Below are positions 1 to 8,880 of a DNA stretch of 46,909 nt, piece after piece; the stretch's first letter is position 1, and each line of letters begins with the position of its first letter. Both the position numbers and the translations under genes were made by a program. Origin of the DNA: Acidobacteriota bacterium (GTDB taxonomy: Bacteria > Acidobacteriota > Thermoanaerobaculia > Multivoradales > JAHEKO01); the NCBI GenBank assembly GCA_030597375.1, contig JAUVRX010000003.1, positions 1 through 46,909 of the forward strand. Reading direction: 5' to 3'. The notes below the pieces were generated by a model, which saw only the letters and a program-made list of their open reading frames with translations, ran no database searches and was not told the DNA's origin.

Positions 1-494
1 ATGAGCCCCTCTCGATACAGACGAACGAAAGCTGTGCGCACGGCTTTCGACAGCCGCTCATCGAGAGTGAAGCGCTCTCGGCTCCAGTCGCAGCTCGCCC
101 CCAATCGATCGAGTTGGGAGCGAATGTGCCCACTATGCTGGCGTGTCCAATCCCAGGCGCGCTCGAGGAAGAGCTCGCGGCCGAGGCTCACTCGATCGAC
201 CCCTTCCTTCACCAATTGGCGCTCTACCATCAATTGGGTGGCGATGCCCGCATGGTCGGTGCCTGGAAGCCAGAGGGCGTTGTAACCGCACATCCGCTTC
301 CAACGGGTGAGAAGATCCTGGATCGTCGTCTGCAGAGCGTGCCCCGCGTGCAAATTGCCAGTCACGTTCGGCGGCGGGATCATGATGCAGAAACTCGGTT
401 TCGTGGAGGGTGCCGCCGCCACGAAGATGCCCTCTTCGGACCAACGCTCCTGCCACTTCTGCTCGTAGCTGGCTGGATCGAATCTCTTTTCCAT
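1..494 (-). CDS. valS: Valyl-tRNA synthetase, N-terminal part (runs off the window)
   Basis: Own translation from ATG at 494: MEKRFDPASYEQKWQERW...FCIMIPPPNVTGNLHAGHAL...WLPGTDHAGIATQ...LGASCDWSRERFT. This carries the class I HIGH region and ValRS signature segments. Not present in the ORF track. Confidence 0.96.
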   Translation of the reverse strand, partial: MEKRFDPASYEQKWQERWSEEGIFVAAAPSTKPSFCIMIPPPNVTGNLHAGHALQTTIQDLLTRWKRMCGYNALWLPGTDHAGIATQLMVERQLVKEGVDRVSLGRELFLERAWDWTRQHSGHIRSQLDRLGASCDWSRERFTLDERLSKAVRTAFVRLYREGL

Positions 495-583
495 CAAATC
501 AGCCCTTCCACCTGGGAGGCCACACGGTCGTCCTTCTCGCATCCCGCCACCTCGGCTCTCACCTTCGCCTGGAGCGACTTCAC
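494..583 (-). CDS. Putative 29-aa upstream ORF/leader peptide coupled to valS
   Basis: GGAGG lies 7 nt before a GTG start; product (M)KSLQAKVRAEVAGCEKDDRVASQVEGLI; the TGA stop overlaps the valS ATG (TGATG). Confidence 0.3.
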   Translation of the reverse strand: MKSLQAKVRAEVAGCEKDDRVASQVEGLI

Positions 584-677
584 CTGCCGTCCTCCAGGAC
601 ACCGGATCCTACACATGCTCGAGGGGATTCAGCTCAGCCGACGCCGAACAAGAAGATCGGCTGGCCCTTGGGGCCGC

Positions 678-1469
678 TCAGTCGACCTCGTCTTCTAGCT
701 CTCGAAGCCGATCCTTGATGACGATCTCGGCGAGATCCGGAATCACATCCCAGGCGATCTCTCGGACGACCTCTGCGCCCAGCAGCTCGACGACCCGACG
801 GGCAATCCGATCCACATCTCCATCTGAAAGTGCTTCTGCCTGTTGATCTTCAATGCCCACCTGGACCTCCGTTTCTGGCTCTACGGTCTCTTCGAAGGCC
901 ACCTCTGTCAGCTCTGCCTCGAGACTCTCCGCTGCCTCGCCGATTTCGATCTCAAAGGATTCGACAGACTCCGGACCGTCCGTCGGGAACTCCGTAACCA
1001 CTGCCCCGAAGCCCGCCACCCCGGTCGCTTCGTGCATGTCTTCCTCGTCTTCGCGCTCAGCGCCATTGTCGAACATGAGGGGCTCCTCCGCGAGCTCTCC
1101 ATCGGGGGCTCCACTCAACATCTCTTCTACGAGGCGCAACAGCTCCTGAGAATCAAAGGGTTTCTTGAGGTGCCCCTCGGCACCGCAGTCCTCCATCTCA
1201 GTGGCCTCGAAAGGCTCGAATGTGCCAACCAGCAGCAGCACCGGCGTGTCGGGGTTGCGCTCCTTTACGGCCCTGCAGATCTCATAGCCTGAAGCCCCGG
1301 GCATGTGGATATCGGCAATGACGAGATCTGCTGGCACGTCGTCAAGGTGGCTCAGGGCATCGTCGCCATTGCTGACAGAGACGACGTCGTAGTCCCCTGC
1401 CATGAAGGTCAACTCGACGACCTTCTGGATCGTCAGGCTGTCATCGGCCAAGAGAATCGTCTTGCTCAT
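678..1469 (-). CDS. romR: RomR-like response regulator (REC domain, acidic disordered linker, conserved C-terminal helix)
   Basis: REC domain LLADDSLTIQKVV...ADIHMPGASGYEIC...LLVGTFEPF...KPFDSQ; Glu-rich linker; C-terminal VVREIAWDVIPDLAEIVIKDRL. All resemble myxobacterial RomR as I recall it. Confidence 0.78.
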   Translation of the reverse strand: MSKTILLADDSLTIQKVVELTFMAGDYDVVSVSNGDDALSHLDDVPADLVIADIHMPGASGYEICRAVKERNPDTPVLLLVGTFEPFEATEMEDCGAEGHLKKPFDSQELLRLVEEMLSGAPDGELAEEPLMFDNGAEREDEEDMHEATGVAGFGAVVTEFPTDGPESVESFEIEIGEAAESLEAELTEVAFEETVEPETEVQVGIEDQQAEALSDGDVDRIARRVVELLGAEVVREIAWDVIPDLAEIVIKDRLRELEDEVD

Positions 1470-1529
1470 AGGCTCTCCAGGGTATTCAACTCGCTATCGG
1501 CGTGGTTTCTGGGCTTCTCGAGCCGCTCG

Positions 1530-1538
1530 ATTGTAGCA
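1530..1538 (-). promoter_or_regulatory. Extended -10 promoter (TGcTACAAT) for the romR-like gene
   Basis: Minus strand TGCTACAAT about 60 nt upstream of the ATG. Confidence 0.5.
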
Positions 1539-1575
1539 GGTTGACGGCCGCCAAAAGGGGTCTCCGAATCGGTGC

Positions 1576-2721
1576 TCAGCTGTTCTCGATCACCCAGTTC
1601 GAGATCACCATCTTCTGGATCTCGCTTGTACCTTCGTAGATCTCTGCGATTCGGGCGTCGCGGAAATAGCGCTCGACATTGTATTCTCGAACGTAGCCGT
1701 AGCCGCCGTGGATCTGAAGAGCCTTGCTGGTGACTCTCTGGGCCATCTCGGAGGCGAAGAGCTTCGCTTGAGCGGCTTCGAGGCTGAATCTGCGTCCCGA
1801 ACCCTTCGCCCAGGCGGCCTTCCATGTCAGGAGCCTGGCCGCATCGATCTCGGTCGACATGTCGGCGAGGTAGAACTGAATCGCCTGGAAATCGACGATC
1901 GGATGCCCGAACTGCTCTCTCTGCCGGGAGTAGGCCAGGGCCTCTTCGAAGGCTACCTGCGCGATACCGACGGCCTGGGAAGCGATTCCCAGGCGGCCGC
2001 CATCGAGCGCGCTCATGGCCACCTTGAACCCTTCGCCCTCGCCACCCAGCCTCTGATTCACCGGAATTCTCATGTCCGCGAACGACAGTTCGGTGGTACC
2101 GGAGGCGTTGACTCCCAGCTTGTACTCATGCGTGCCGTGGCTGTAGCCCGGAGTATCCGCAGGCACGATGAACGCTGTGATTGCCTTGTGGCGCTTCTCC
2201 CTGTCGAGGGTGGCAAATACGATGGCGATGTCTGCATCCGTGCCGTTGGTGATGAAGACCTTGTTGCCGTTCAGAACGTATTCCTCACCCTGTCGAACAG
2301 CGCTAGTTCGAATCGCAGCGGGGTCACTCCCAGCTTCGGGCTCCGTCAGGGCAAAGCAACCGAGCATCTGACCACGGGCGAGCGGCTTTAGATAGCTCTG
2401 TTTCTGATCCTCGGTGCCGAACTTGAGGATCGGATCGCAGGCGAGAGAGTTGTTGACCGACAAGATCACTCCGCTGCTGGCACAAGCCCGGCTGATCTCC
2501 TCGATGACGATGCTGTAGGACAGAGGGTCCATGCCGGCACCGCCGTACTCTTCTGGGACCGCCACTCCGGCCAGCCCGAGCTCACCGGCCTGGGCGAAGA
2601 ACTGACGCGGGAACTCTCCTGTCTCGTCGATCTCCTTGGCCCGCGGTTTCACCACTTCCTCGGCAAACTGTCGAACGGAATCCCGCAGCAGAAGCTGCTC
2701 TTCACTGAGCTCGATATGCAT
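1576..2721 (-). CDS. Acyl-CoA dehydrogenase (short/branched-chain, butyryl-CoA DH-like)
   Basis: Motifs FALTEPEAGSD, LNGNKVFITNG, ALQIHGGYGY, IYEGTSEIQ. Confidence 0.95.
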   Translation of the reverse strand: MHIELSEEQLLLRDSVRQFAEEVVKPRAKEIDETGEFPRQFFAQAGELGLAGVAVPEEYGGAGMDPLSYSIVIEEISRACASSGVILSVNNSLACDPILKFGTEDQKQSYLKPLARGQMLGCFALTEPEAGSDPAAIRTSAVRQGEEYVLNGNKVFITNGTDADIAIVFATLDREKRHKAITAFIVPADTPGYSHGTHEYKLGVNASGTTELSFADMRIPVNQRLGGEGEGFKVAMSALDGGRLGIASQAVGIAQVAFEEALAYSRQREQFGHPIVDFQAIQFYLADMSTEIDAARLLTWKAAWAKGSGRRFSLEAAQAKLFASEMAQRVTSKALQIHGGYGYVREYNVERYFRDARIAEIYEGTSEIQKMVISNWVIENS

Positions 2722-2781
2722 GATTTCGACTCGAACCGGGCTTGGATGGTCTGAGAGATTGGGACTTGGCTGAACCCGGTG

Positions 2782-2810
2782 ATCGTAGCAACGGCCTCTC
2801 GAGGGGTCAA
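2782..2810 (-). promoter_or_regulatory. sigma70-type promoter for the acyl-CoA dehydrogenase
   Basis: Minus strand TTGACC-17 nt-TACGAT with a TGn extension. Confidence 0.6.
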
Positions 2811-2837
2811 GAACGGCAGCGGCTCAAAAAGTCCAGC

Positions 2838-3437
2838 TCAGACGCTGGACGGCCGGCTCCCCGGCTTGCTGACCGGCTCCCCTGCCGCACAGAGCGAACA
2901 GCTCTCCGCTGGATAGGTAGTCAGGCTCAAGGCCAACAGAGAGACGAACGGCACCGGGAAGGGGTTGACGCCGTCGGTCCGATCGAGAATCGAGCCGGCA
3001 GCAACGATCTGGGCGCCCTTCTCCTGGGCGACGGACATCGCCTCGAGGGACGATCGGCCGGTCGTGACGACATCTTCCACCAGCACCACCCGCTCTCCCG
3101 GTTCGAGGACGAACCCCCGTCTCAGGGCCATTCCCTCTCCGGCCCGCTCCGTGAACCGAAAGGGGACATCCAGAGCCGCTGCGACCTCGTGGCCGATCAG
3201 CAAACCGCCCAGGGCCGGTGCCAGTACCGACTCGGGAGAAATGCTCTGGAGCCTCGCCGCCAGACGCTCACCGATCCGCCTCGCCAGACGTGGATTCTGC
3301 AGGAGAAGCGCGCACTGCACGTAACCCGTGGAGTGCAGACCCGACGAGAGCAGGAAATGCCCATCCAGCAGTGCTCCGGTGTCGCTCAACAGGCGCCGTA
3401 GCCATGCCTCGGTCTGGCCTTCACTCTGGCTCGTCAT
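2838..3437 (-). CDS. pyrE: Orotate phosphoribosyltransferase
   Basis: GHFLLSSGLHS, PRPP-binding VLVEDVVTTGRS, C-terminal C-x-x-C...KPGSR. Start taken at ATG 3437, overlapping the upstream gene end. Confidence 0.93.
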   Translation of the reverse strand: MTSQSEGQTEAWLRRLLSDTGALLDGHFLLSSGLHSTGYVQCALLLQNPRLARRIGERLAARLQSISPESVLAPALGGLLIGHEVAAALDVPFRFTERAGEGMALRRGFVLEPGERVVLVEDVVTTGRSSLEAMSVAQEKGAQIVAAGSILDRTDGVNPFPVPFVSLLALSLTTYPAESCSLCAAGEPVSKPGSRPSSV

Positions 3438-4809
3438 TCGGACTGGCTCGTTGAATTGCGTACTGTTCCATTTTCTTGTAGAGGTTGCTTCGCGGCGTTT
3501 CGATGGATTTTGCCGTGCGAGTGACATTCCAGTCGTGCCCCTCCAGTTGCTCGACCAGAAAAAGCCGCTCGGCCGCCTCTCGGAACTGCCTAAGAGTCGT
3601 AGCCGAGCTCAACAAGCCGGTCAGATCGTCCCGCTTGCCACCGATCGATGCCGCCACATCCGAAGACTCGATCGTAGCGTCCTCGCCCAGAATCAGCAGC
3701 CTCTCGACGATGTTCTTGAGCTCGCGGACATTGCCTCTCCACTCCATGGCCTGCAGGTGCCCGATAGCGGAAGGTGAGAACTCTTGGGGTCGCTGGTTGT
3801 TGGCAGCCGCATAACGCCGGACAAAATAGTCCACCAATTCCGGAATATCTTCCGGATGCTCCCGCAGCGGCGGTGTGCTTATCGGAACCACATTCAATCG
3901 ATAGTAGAGATCTTCGCGGAATCTGCCCGCCGCGATCTCCTCCTCGAGAGAACGATTGGTGGCCGCCAGAACGCGCACATCGACTCGCACCAGATCGTGT
4001 GAACCCACCGGTTCCACTTCGCCGTTCTCCAGGACTCGCAAGACCTTGGCCTGGGTCCTGGGGGACATGTCTCCGACCTCGTCCAGGAAGATGGTGCCAC
4101 CATCGGCGGCAACAAACTTCCCCAGCTGCTTTCGGACTGCTCCTGTGAAGCTCCCCTTTTCATGGCCGAAGAGCTCCGACTCGATGAGCTCATCGGGAAT
4201 CGCCGCACAATTGACCTGTACGAAAGGGCGATCCCGTCTGGAGCTGAGCAGATGAAGGCCCCTGGATACCAGCTCTTTTCCCGTCCCGCTCTCCCCGGTA
4301 ATGAGGACCGTCGCGTTCGAGGGGGCGGCTTTCTTGATCGTCTCGCGGAGCTTTCGCATCGGCAACGACGTGCCGATGAGCTCGTCCGGCCGAATCGAAT
4401 GGGACTGACTCTCCTTCTGAAGACGGTAGCTCTCCAGCGCATTCCGCAAGCTCAGCAGGACTCGCTCCCGCTGCAGCGGCTTTTCGAAGAAATCGAAGGC
4501 GCCCTTCCGGGTCGCTTCGATGGCGGTCGAGATATCGCCATGCCCCGTGATGATGATCACCGGCATCTCGTACCCACGCTCTCTGAGGAGCTGCAGTACC
4601 TGGAGCCCGTCCAATTCGGGCATCTTGATATCCAGGAGTACGGCATCGGGCTGGACTCTCCTCACCTGTTGGAGTCCCTGGTCTCCGCTGGCCGCTTCCA
4701 CGACCTTCAGGCCCTCGTATTCCAGAACCATCCTCAGGCTGTCGCGAATCGCACTCTCGTCGTCGACGATCAGCACGGTTGCTTGAGCTGCCCTCTCCTG
4801 ATCACTCAT
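3421..4809 (-). CDS. sigma54-dependent response regulator (NtrC/NtrX family; REC-AAA+-Fis HTH)
   Basis: REC (LLDIKMP), Walker A GESGTGKE, ESELFGHEKGSFTGA, FLDEV, RFREDLYYRLNV, WRGNVREL, C-terminal HTH. Confidence 0.95.
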   Translation of the reverse strand: MSDQERAAQATVLIVDDESAIRDSLRMVLEYEGLKVVEAASGDQGLQQVRRVQPDAVLLDIKMPELDGLQVLQLLRERGYEMPVIIITGHGDISTAIEATRKGAFDFFEKPLQRERVLLSLRNALESYRLQKESQSHSIRPDELIGTSLPMRKLRETIKKAAPSNATVLITGESGTGKELVSRGLHLLSSRRDRPFVQVNCAAIPDELIESELFGHEKGSFTGAVRKQLGKFVAADGGTIFLDEVGDMSPRTQAKVLRVLENGEVEPVGSHDLVRVDVRVLAATNRSLEEEIAAGRFREDLYYRLNVVPISTPPLREHPEDIPELVDYFVRRYAAANNQRPQEFSPSAIGHLQAMEWRGNVRELKNIVERLLILGEDATIESSDVAASIGGKRDDLTGLLSSATTLRQFREAAERLFLVEQLEGHDWNVTRTAKSIETPRSNLYKKMEQYAIQRASPNDEPE

Positions 4810-4916
4810 GATGTGCGTCTGAGTCTACCCCGGAATCTCGCCTCCAGGAGAGGCGAAAAGACACGAGGCCGGTCCAATCAGGGACCGGCCTCGTGACCTT
4901 CACAATGGAGCGTTGC

Positions 4917-6434
4917 TCAGGGGACTGCAGGAAACACAAAGAGTGGTTGTAGCTCCTGGCCGCGTCCGAATCTCCGCAGGTAGAGGCGCAGGCGTGAGCC
5001 CGCGGAGGCGTCGCGAACCAACTCCTCGAACTCGGCAACGCTGCTGATACTGCGTCCATTGACCTCGGTGATCACGTTGATCACCTGGCCGGCACGAACT
5101 CCTTCGTCGTAGAGCGGACTGCGCGGCGAGATCTCAGTGATCCAGACCCCGTCTACGTCCTCCGGCACGCCGTGTGTCGAGCGCAGACCGGGTGTCAGGT
5201 CCTGATAACGAAGGCCGAGCCACTCGATCCCATGGTCCTCAGACTCTTCGGCTTCCTCGGCATCGCCCGACTCAGAGGGACGCTCGGCAAGCTGGATGGT
5301 CTTCTCCAGCTTCTTGCCCTCCCGCAGGATCCCCAACTCAACCGTCGCATCCGGCCCCTGTCTCGAAACGTAGTCGATCAACTCTCGGGTGTTGGCGATC
5401 TTGCGCCCATCGACCGTGAGAATGATGTCCCCGGCCTGGAGACCTCCCTCGTCTGCCGGCAAGCCCGGAATTACATTGCTCACCAGGGCACCCTCGCTGG
5501 AGTCCAAGCCGAATGCCTCGGCAGCGCGGTCGGTCACGTCGTTGACGCCGATGCCGAGGTAACCCCTGCGAACACGCCCCTCCTCACGCAGCTGTGGCAG
5601 GACCTGTCGAAGGATGTTGACCGGCACGGCAAATCCGATGTTCTCGGATCCCCAGTTGATCGCCGTGTTGATTCCCACCACTCGGCCCGACAAATCGACC
5701 AGGGGTCCTCCTGAGTTCCCGAAGTTGATCGCCGCATCCGTTTGAATGAAACTCTCGAAGGAGGTGGTCTCGGGACTGATGTTGATCCTCCGGCCCTTCG
5801 CACTGACCACTCCTACAGTGACGGTGTTCGCCAGTTCGAGCGGACTGCCGATCGCCATCACCCAGTCACCAGGGCGCAATTCGTCGCTGTCTCCAAGAGG
5901 CAGAAACGGCAAGTCATGACCGACATCGATCTTCAGGAGGGCCAGATCGGTAGCCGGATCGGTTCCCTTGACCTCGGCGTCGTAGGCCTTGCTGCCCATT
6001 CTGACTCGAATCTGCTCAGCTCCTCGGATGACATGGGTGTTCGTCACCACCAGGCCGTCGGCGCTGACCAGAAATCCACTACCACCAGAATCCGACCGGT
6101 GCTCCTGTTCCCCGGGCTCCCCTTGCTGCCGCTGCCTCGGACCGAAGAAAAATTCGAACGGATCTGACATCCGCCCACCTCGAGAGCGTTCGAATGTCGA
6201 GGCTTCAATAGTCACCACAGCCGGCGATACCTGCTCGGCCAGATCGGCAAAGCTCGGTAGGCCAGAGGCGCCATGGGCGGCGTCCGCCGCCACTGCCGGA
6301 GTTGCAGGAGATGGCTCAGGGGAGGTTCGCCCCTTGGGGGTAAGCCCCAGCCCGCCGGCCAGGACCATGCCAAAGATCACCGCACCGAAAACGATGACCA
6401 GGGTCACCAGGTGTTGTTTCGAGAATCCGCTCAT
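4917..6434 (-). CDS. degP: HtrA/DegP-family periplasmic serine protease with two PDZ domains
   Basis: N-terminal TM/signal segment, GSGFLV, TNTHVI, TDLALLK, IQTDAAINFGNSGGPL, two PDZ-like regions. Start at ATG 6434 follows an AAGGAG SD. Confidence 0.93.
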   Translation of the reverse strand: MSGFSKQHLVTLVIVFGAVIFGMVLAGGLGLTPKGRTSPEPSPATPAVAADAAHGASGLPSFADLAEQVSPAVVTIEASTFERSRGGRMSDPFEFFFGPRQRQQGEPGEQEHRSDSGGSGFLVSADGLVVTNTHVIRGAEQIRVRMGSKAYDAEVKGTDPATDLALLKIDVGHDLPFLPLGDSDELRPGDWVMAIGSPLELANTVTVGVVSAKGRRINISPETTSFESFIQTDAAINFGNSGGPLVDLSGRVVGINTAINWGSENIGFAVPVNILRQVLPQLREEGRVRRGYLGIGVNDVTDRAAEAFGLDSSEGALVSNVIPGLPADEGGLQAGDIILTVDGRKIANTRELIDYVSRQGPDATVELGILREGKKLEKTIQLAERPSESGDAEEAEESEDHGIEWLGLRYQDLTPGLRSTHGVPEDVDGVWITEISPRSPLYDEGVRAGQVINVITEVNGRSISSVAEFEELVRDASAGSRLRLYLRRFGRGQELQPLFVFPAVP

Positions 6435-6489
6435 CGACGTTGTGACTCCTTTCCTCTCCCAATCGTGCGGAGCATGACCGCAAATGTCA

Positions 6490-6506
6490 AGCAAACATCC
6501 TGCCAA
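6490..6506 (-). promoter_or_regulatory. sigma54 (-24/-12) promoter upstream of degP
   Basis: Minus strand TTGGCAGGATGTTTGCT versus consensus YTGGCACG-N4-TTGCW; GG-N10-GC spacing is exact. Confidence 0.6.
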
Positions 6507-6694
6507 CGAGATGTTCAGCTCGAGGTGGCCTGTTCGGGGAGGACCGAGAGATAGTGTGCCAAAGTGGCAGGGTAACGGCGGGTGCCCGGGCCGATCCTTC
6601 GTCTCAGCCAGACAGCCGAGCGGATGGGTAGAATCTCCGCAGGTCACTCGCGCAACCATCCGAAGGATGGCTTGCCGATCCGACGTTCGCCGCC

Positions 6695-6723
6695 TTGAAG
6701 ACCGCAATGGGATCGACTATACT
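6695..6723 (+). promoter_or_regulatory. sigma70 promoter of the rimP-nusA-infB operon
   Basis: TTGAAG-17 nt-TATACT. Confidence 0.75.
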
Positions 6724-6749
6724 TCGTGGGCTGGCTTTGTCAGGCGACG

Positions 6750-6779
6750 AAGTGAGTGGGTGTTTCACTCACTTTTTTT
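6750..6779 (+). terminator. rimP leader attenuator hairpin
   Basis: AAGTGAGTGG-GTGTT-TCACTCACTT followed by a T run, between promoter and rimP. Matches the widespread rimP(ylxS)-leader terminator with its GGG motif. Confidence 0.8.
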
Positions 6780-6810
6780 GTTGCCTAAAAAGAGCCTTCA
6801 GAGAAGTTAG

Positions 6811-7275
6811 ATGAATGCATCGAGGCGGCTCGAACCAGATTTTCTGGACGAACTATCGGACGTCGCCATGGAGTCCGGTTGCGAGCTGCTGGACTGCGAG
6901 TTCCAAGGCAATGTCTTGCGACTCGTCATCGATCGGCCGGAAGGAGTTACAATCGGTGACTGTCAGGAGTTTTCGAAGCAGGCCTCGGCCCTTCTGGATG
7001 TGACCGATTTCGGCAGCACTCGATATCTCCTAGAGGTCAGCTCACCCGGTCTGGACCGAAAGTTCTATAGCGACGACGACTACGACAAATACCTCGGGCG
7101 CAAAGTCAGGATCTCCTGGCACCATCCGTCAAGGGGCAAGACGACCTTTGTAGGGATCCTGCGAGACTTCGACCGCACCCAGAATCAGGTGACCGTGGAA
7201 GACCTGCCCTCGGGTGAGAGCCACGCCATCTCACTGAAGCATATTGACTTAGCTCGCCTCGAGCCGGAATTCTAG
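6811..7275 (+). CDS. rimP: Ribosome maturation factor RimP
   Basis: LRLVIDRPEGVTIGDC, YLLEVSSPGLDR; first gene of the nusA operon. Confidence 0.96.
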   Translation: MNASRRLEPDFLDELSDVAMESGCELLDCEFQGNVLRLVIDRPEGVTIGDCQEFSKQASALLDVTDFGSTRYLLEVSSPGLDRKFYSDDDYDKYLGRKVRISWHHPSRGKTTFVGILRDFDRTQNQVTVEDLPSGESHAISLKHIDLARLEPEF

Positions 7276-7287
7276 GAACAGATCGAC

Positions 7288-8832
7288 ATGGCACAAGCAC
7301 AGACAGCTGACGTCAACCTCAGCGAGATCCTCAAGCAGGTGGCGCGAGAGAAGGACATCGACTACGAGCGCTGGGTCTCGGCTCTCGAGGATGCGATGGC
7401 TTCAGCTGCCAAGAAACAGCATCGGATCAAAGCGCCCGTGCGTTCGATTTTCGATCCTGAGACCGGCAAATTCGACGCCTTCATCGTCAAGACCGTAGCC
7501 GAAGAGGTGGAAGACCCCCTTTCAGAGTGGACGGTCGAGGAGGCTCAGGATCATCAGGAGGGCGCCCAGGTCGGAGATGAGATCCATATTCCCATCTCCA
7601 CCGAGGGACTCGGGCGCATCGCCGCCCAGTCAGCCAAACAGGTTCTCTATCAGCGGATCCGCGAGGCCGAACGCGAGAAGATCTACAACGAGTTCATCGA
7701 TCGAGTCGGCGAGGTCGTCAACGGTACCGTCAAACGGTTCGAGCGTGGCGATATCGTCGTCGATCTGGGACGGACAGAAGCTGCCGTGCCACGCGGCGAG
7801 CAAGCTCGTCACGAGCGCTACAGTCAGGGTGAGAGAATTCGTGCCGTGATTGTCGAGGTCCATCAACAGCCGAAGGGTCCACAGGTGGTGCTGTCTCGCA
7901 CCGACCCCAGATTGCTCGTCAAGCTCTTCGAGATGGAGGTGCCTGAGATCTACGACGGTACCGTACAGATCAAGGCCGCTGTCCGTGCGCCGGGAGAGCG
8001 GGCCAAGGTCGCCGTCGTGAGTCGGGAGCGCGATGTCGATCCCGTCGGCGCCTGTGTCGGGATGAAGGGGTCCCGAGTACAGTCCATCATCCGAGAGTTG
8101 CGTGGCGAGAAGATCGACATCATCGAGCACAGTGACGATCTGGTCACCTTCGCGCAAAGCGCCTTGGCCCCGGCTCGCATCACCCGCGTCTCGGTGACTC
8201 ATCATGGCGAAGTGCCGCATCTCGATGTAATCGTCGAGGACGAACAACTGTCGCTGGCGATCGGCAAGCGGGGTCAGAATGTTCGCCTGGCTGCCGAGCT
8301 CCTGGGGTCGCAGATCGAGATCAAGAGTGAAAGCGACGTCAAGGAGGAGGTCGCTGGGGCTCTCGCCAGGATGCTCCAAACTGCCATGTCCGAGGACATG
8401 CCTGAAGGATCAACCCCCGAGTTCTCGATCAAGTCGGCTCCTGGCGTCGGACCCAAGACAGCCGCAAAGCTCGAGGAGGCGGGATTCAGCAAGCTCGACG
8501 ACCTGCTGGCTGCCAGTCCAGGGCAGCTCGAAGAGGTCGAAGGCGTCGGGGCCAAGACGGCCAAGGCCATCCTGGCGTGGGCAGCCGACCAGGCCGAGAG
8601 CATGCAGAAGGGGCAGCTCGAGGGTAAGGGAGCGACCGAAAAGGAAGGCGAGCTCGCCACCGCGGTGATGGACGAGGGAGACGACTTCATGGCGGCCTTG
8701 AGTCAGGCGTTGGCAGAGGCCGAGAAGACCGACGCGGAGGCCTCGGCGGCGCTCGAATCGGAGGCCCAGGCCGAGGAATTGTCGAACGAGAATGGATCGC
8801 CTGTGGCTGAGAAACCAACAGGCGACGAGTGA
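7288..8832 (+). CDS. nusA: Transcription termination/antitermination factor NusA with C-terminal HhH and acidic tail
   Basis: GRIAAQSAKQV, S1 and KH domains, DPVGACVGMKGSRVQ, LSLAIGKRGQNVRLA. Confidence 0.97.
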   Translation: MAQAQTADVNLSEILKQVAREKDIDYERWVSALEDAMASAAKKQHRIKAPVRSIFDPETGKFDAFIVKTVAEEVEDPLSEWTVEEAQDHQEGAQVGDEIHIPISTEGLGRIAAQSAKQVLYQRIREAEREKIYNEFIDRVGEVVNGTVKRFERGDIVVDLGRTEAAVPRGEQARHERYSQGERIRAVIVEVHQQPKGPQVVLSRTDPRLLVKLFEMEVPEIYDGTVQIKAAVRAPGERAKVAVVSRERDVDPVGACVGMKGSRVQSIIRELRGEKIDIIEHSDDLVTFAQSALAPARITRVSVTHHGEVPHLDVIVEDEQLSLAIGKRGQNVRLAAELLGSQIEIKSESDVKEEVAGALARMLQTAMSEDMPEGSTPEFSIKSAPGVGPKTAAKLEEAGFSKLDDLLAASPGQLEEVEGVGAKTAKAILAWAADQAESMQKGQLEGKGATEKEGELATAVMDEGDDFMAALSQALAEAEKTDAEASAALESEAQAEELSNENGSPVAEKPTGDE

Positions 8833-8880
8833 AGCGAGTCGAAATTGCAGCCTGAGCGACACTGGGGAGTTTCATAGGAA

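Noticed and set aside
495-677. T-box riboswitch upstream of valS
   Set aside because: No GGTGGNACC T-box motif, specifier stem or U-tract terminator visible.
6435-6707. N-terminal extensions given by the ORF track (degP to 6707; also pyrE, lpxB, msbA, nrnA)
   Set aside because: They run through promoters or neighbouring genes; downstream starts fit SD position and family N-termini better.
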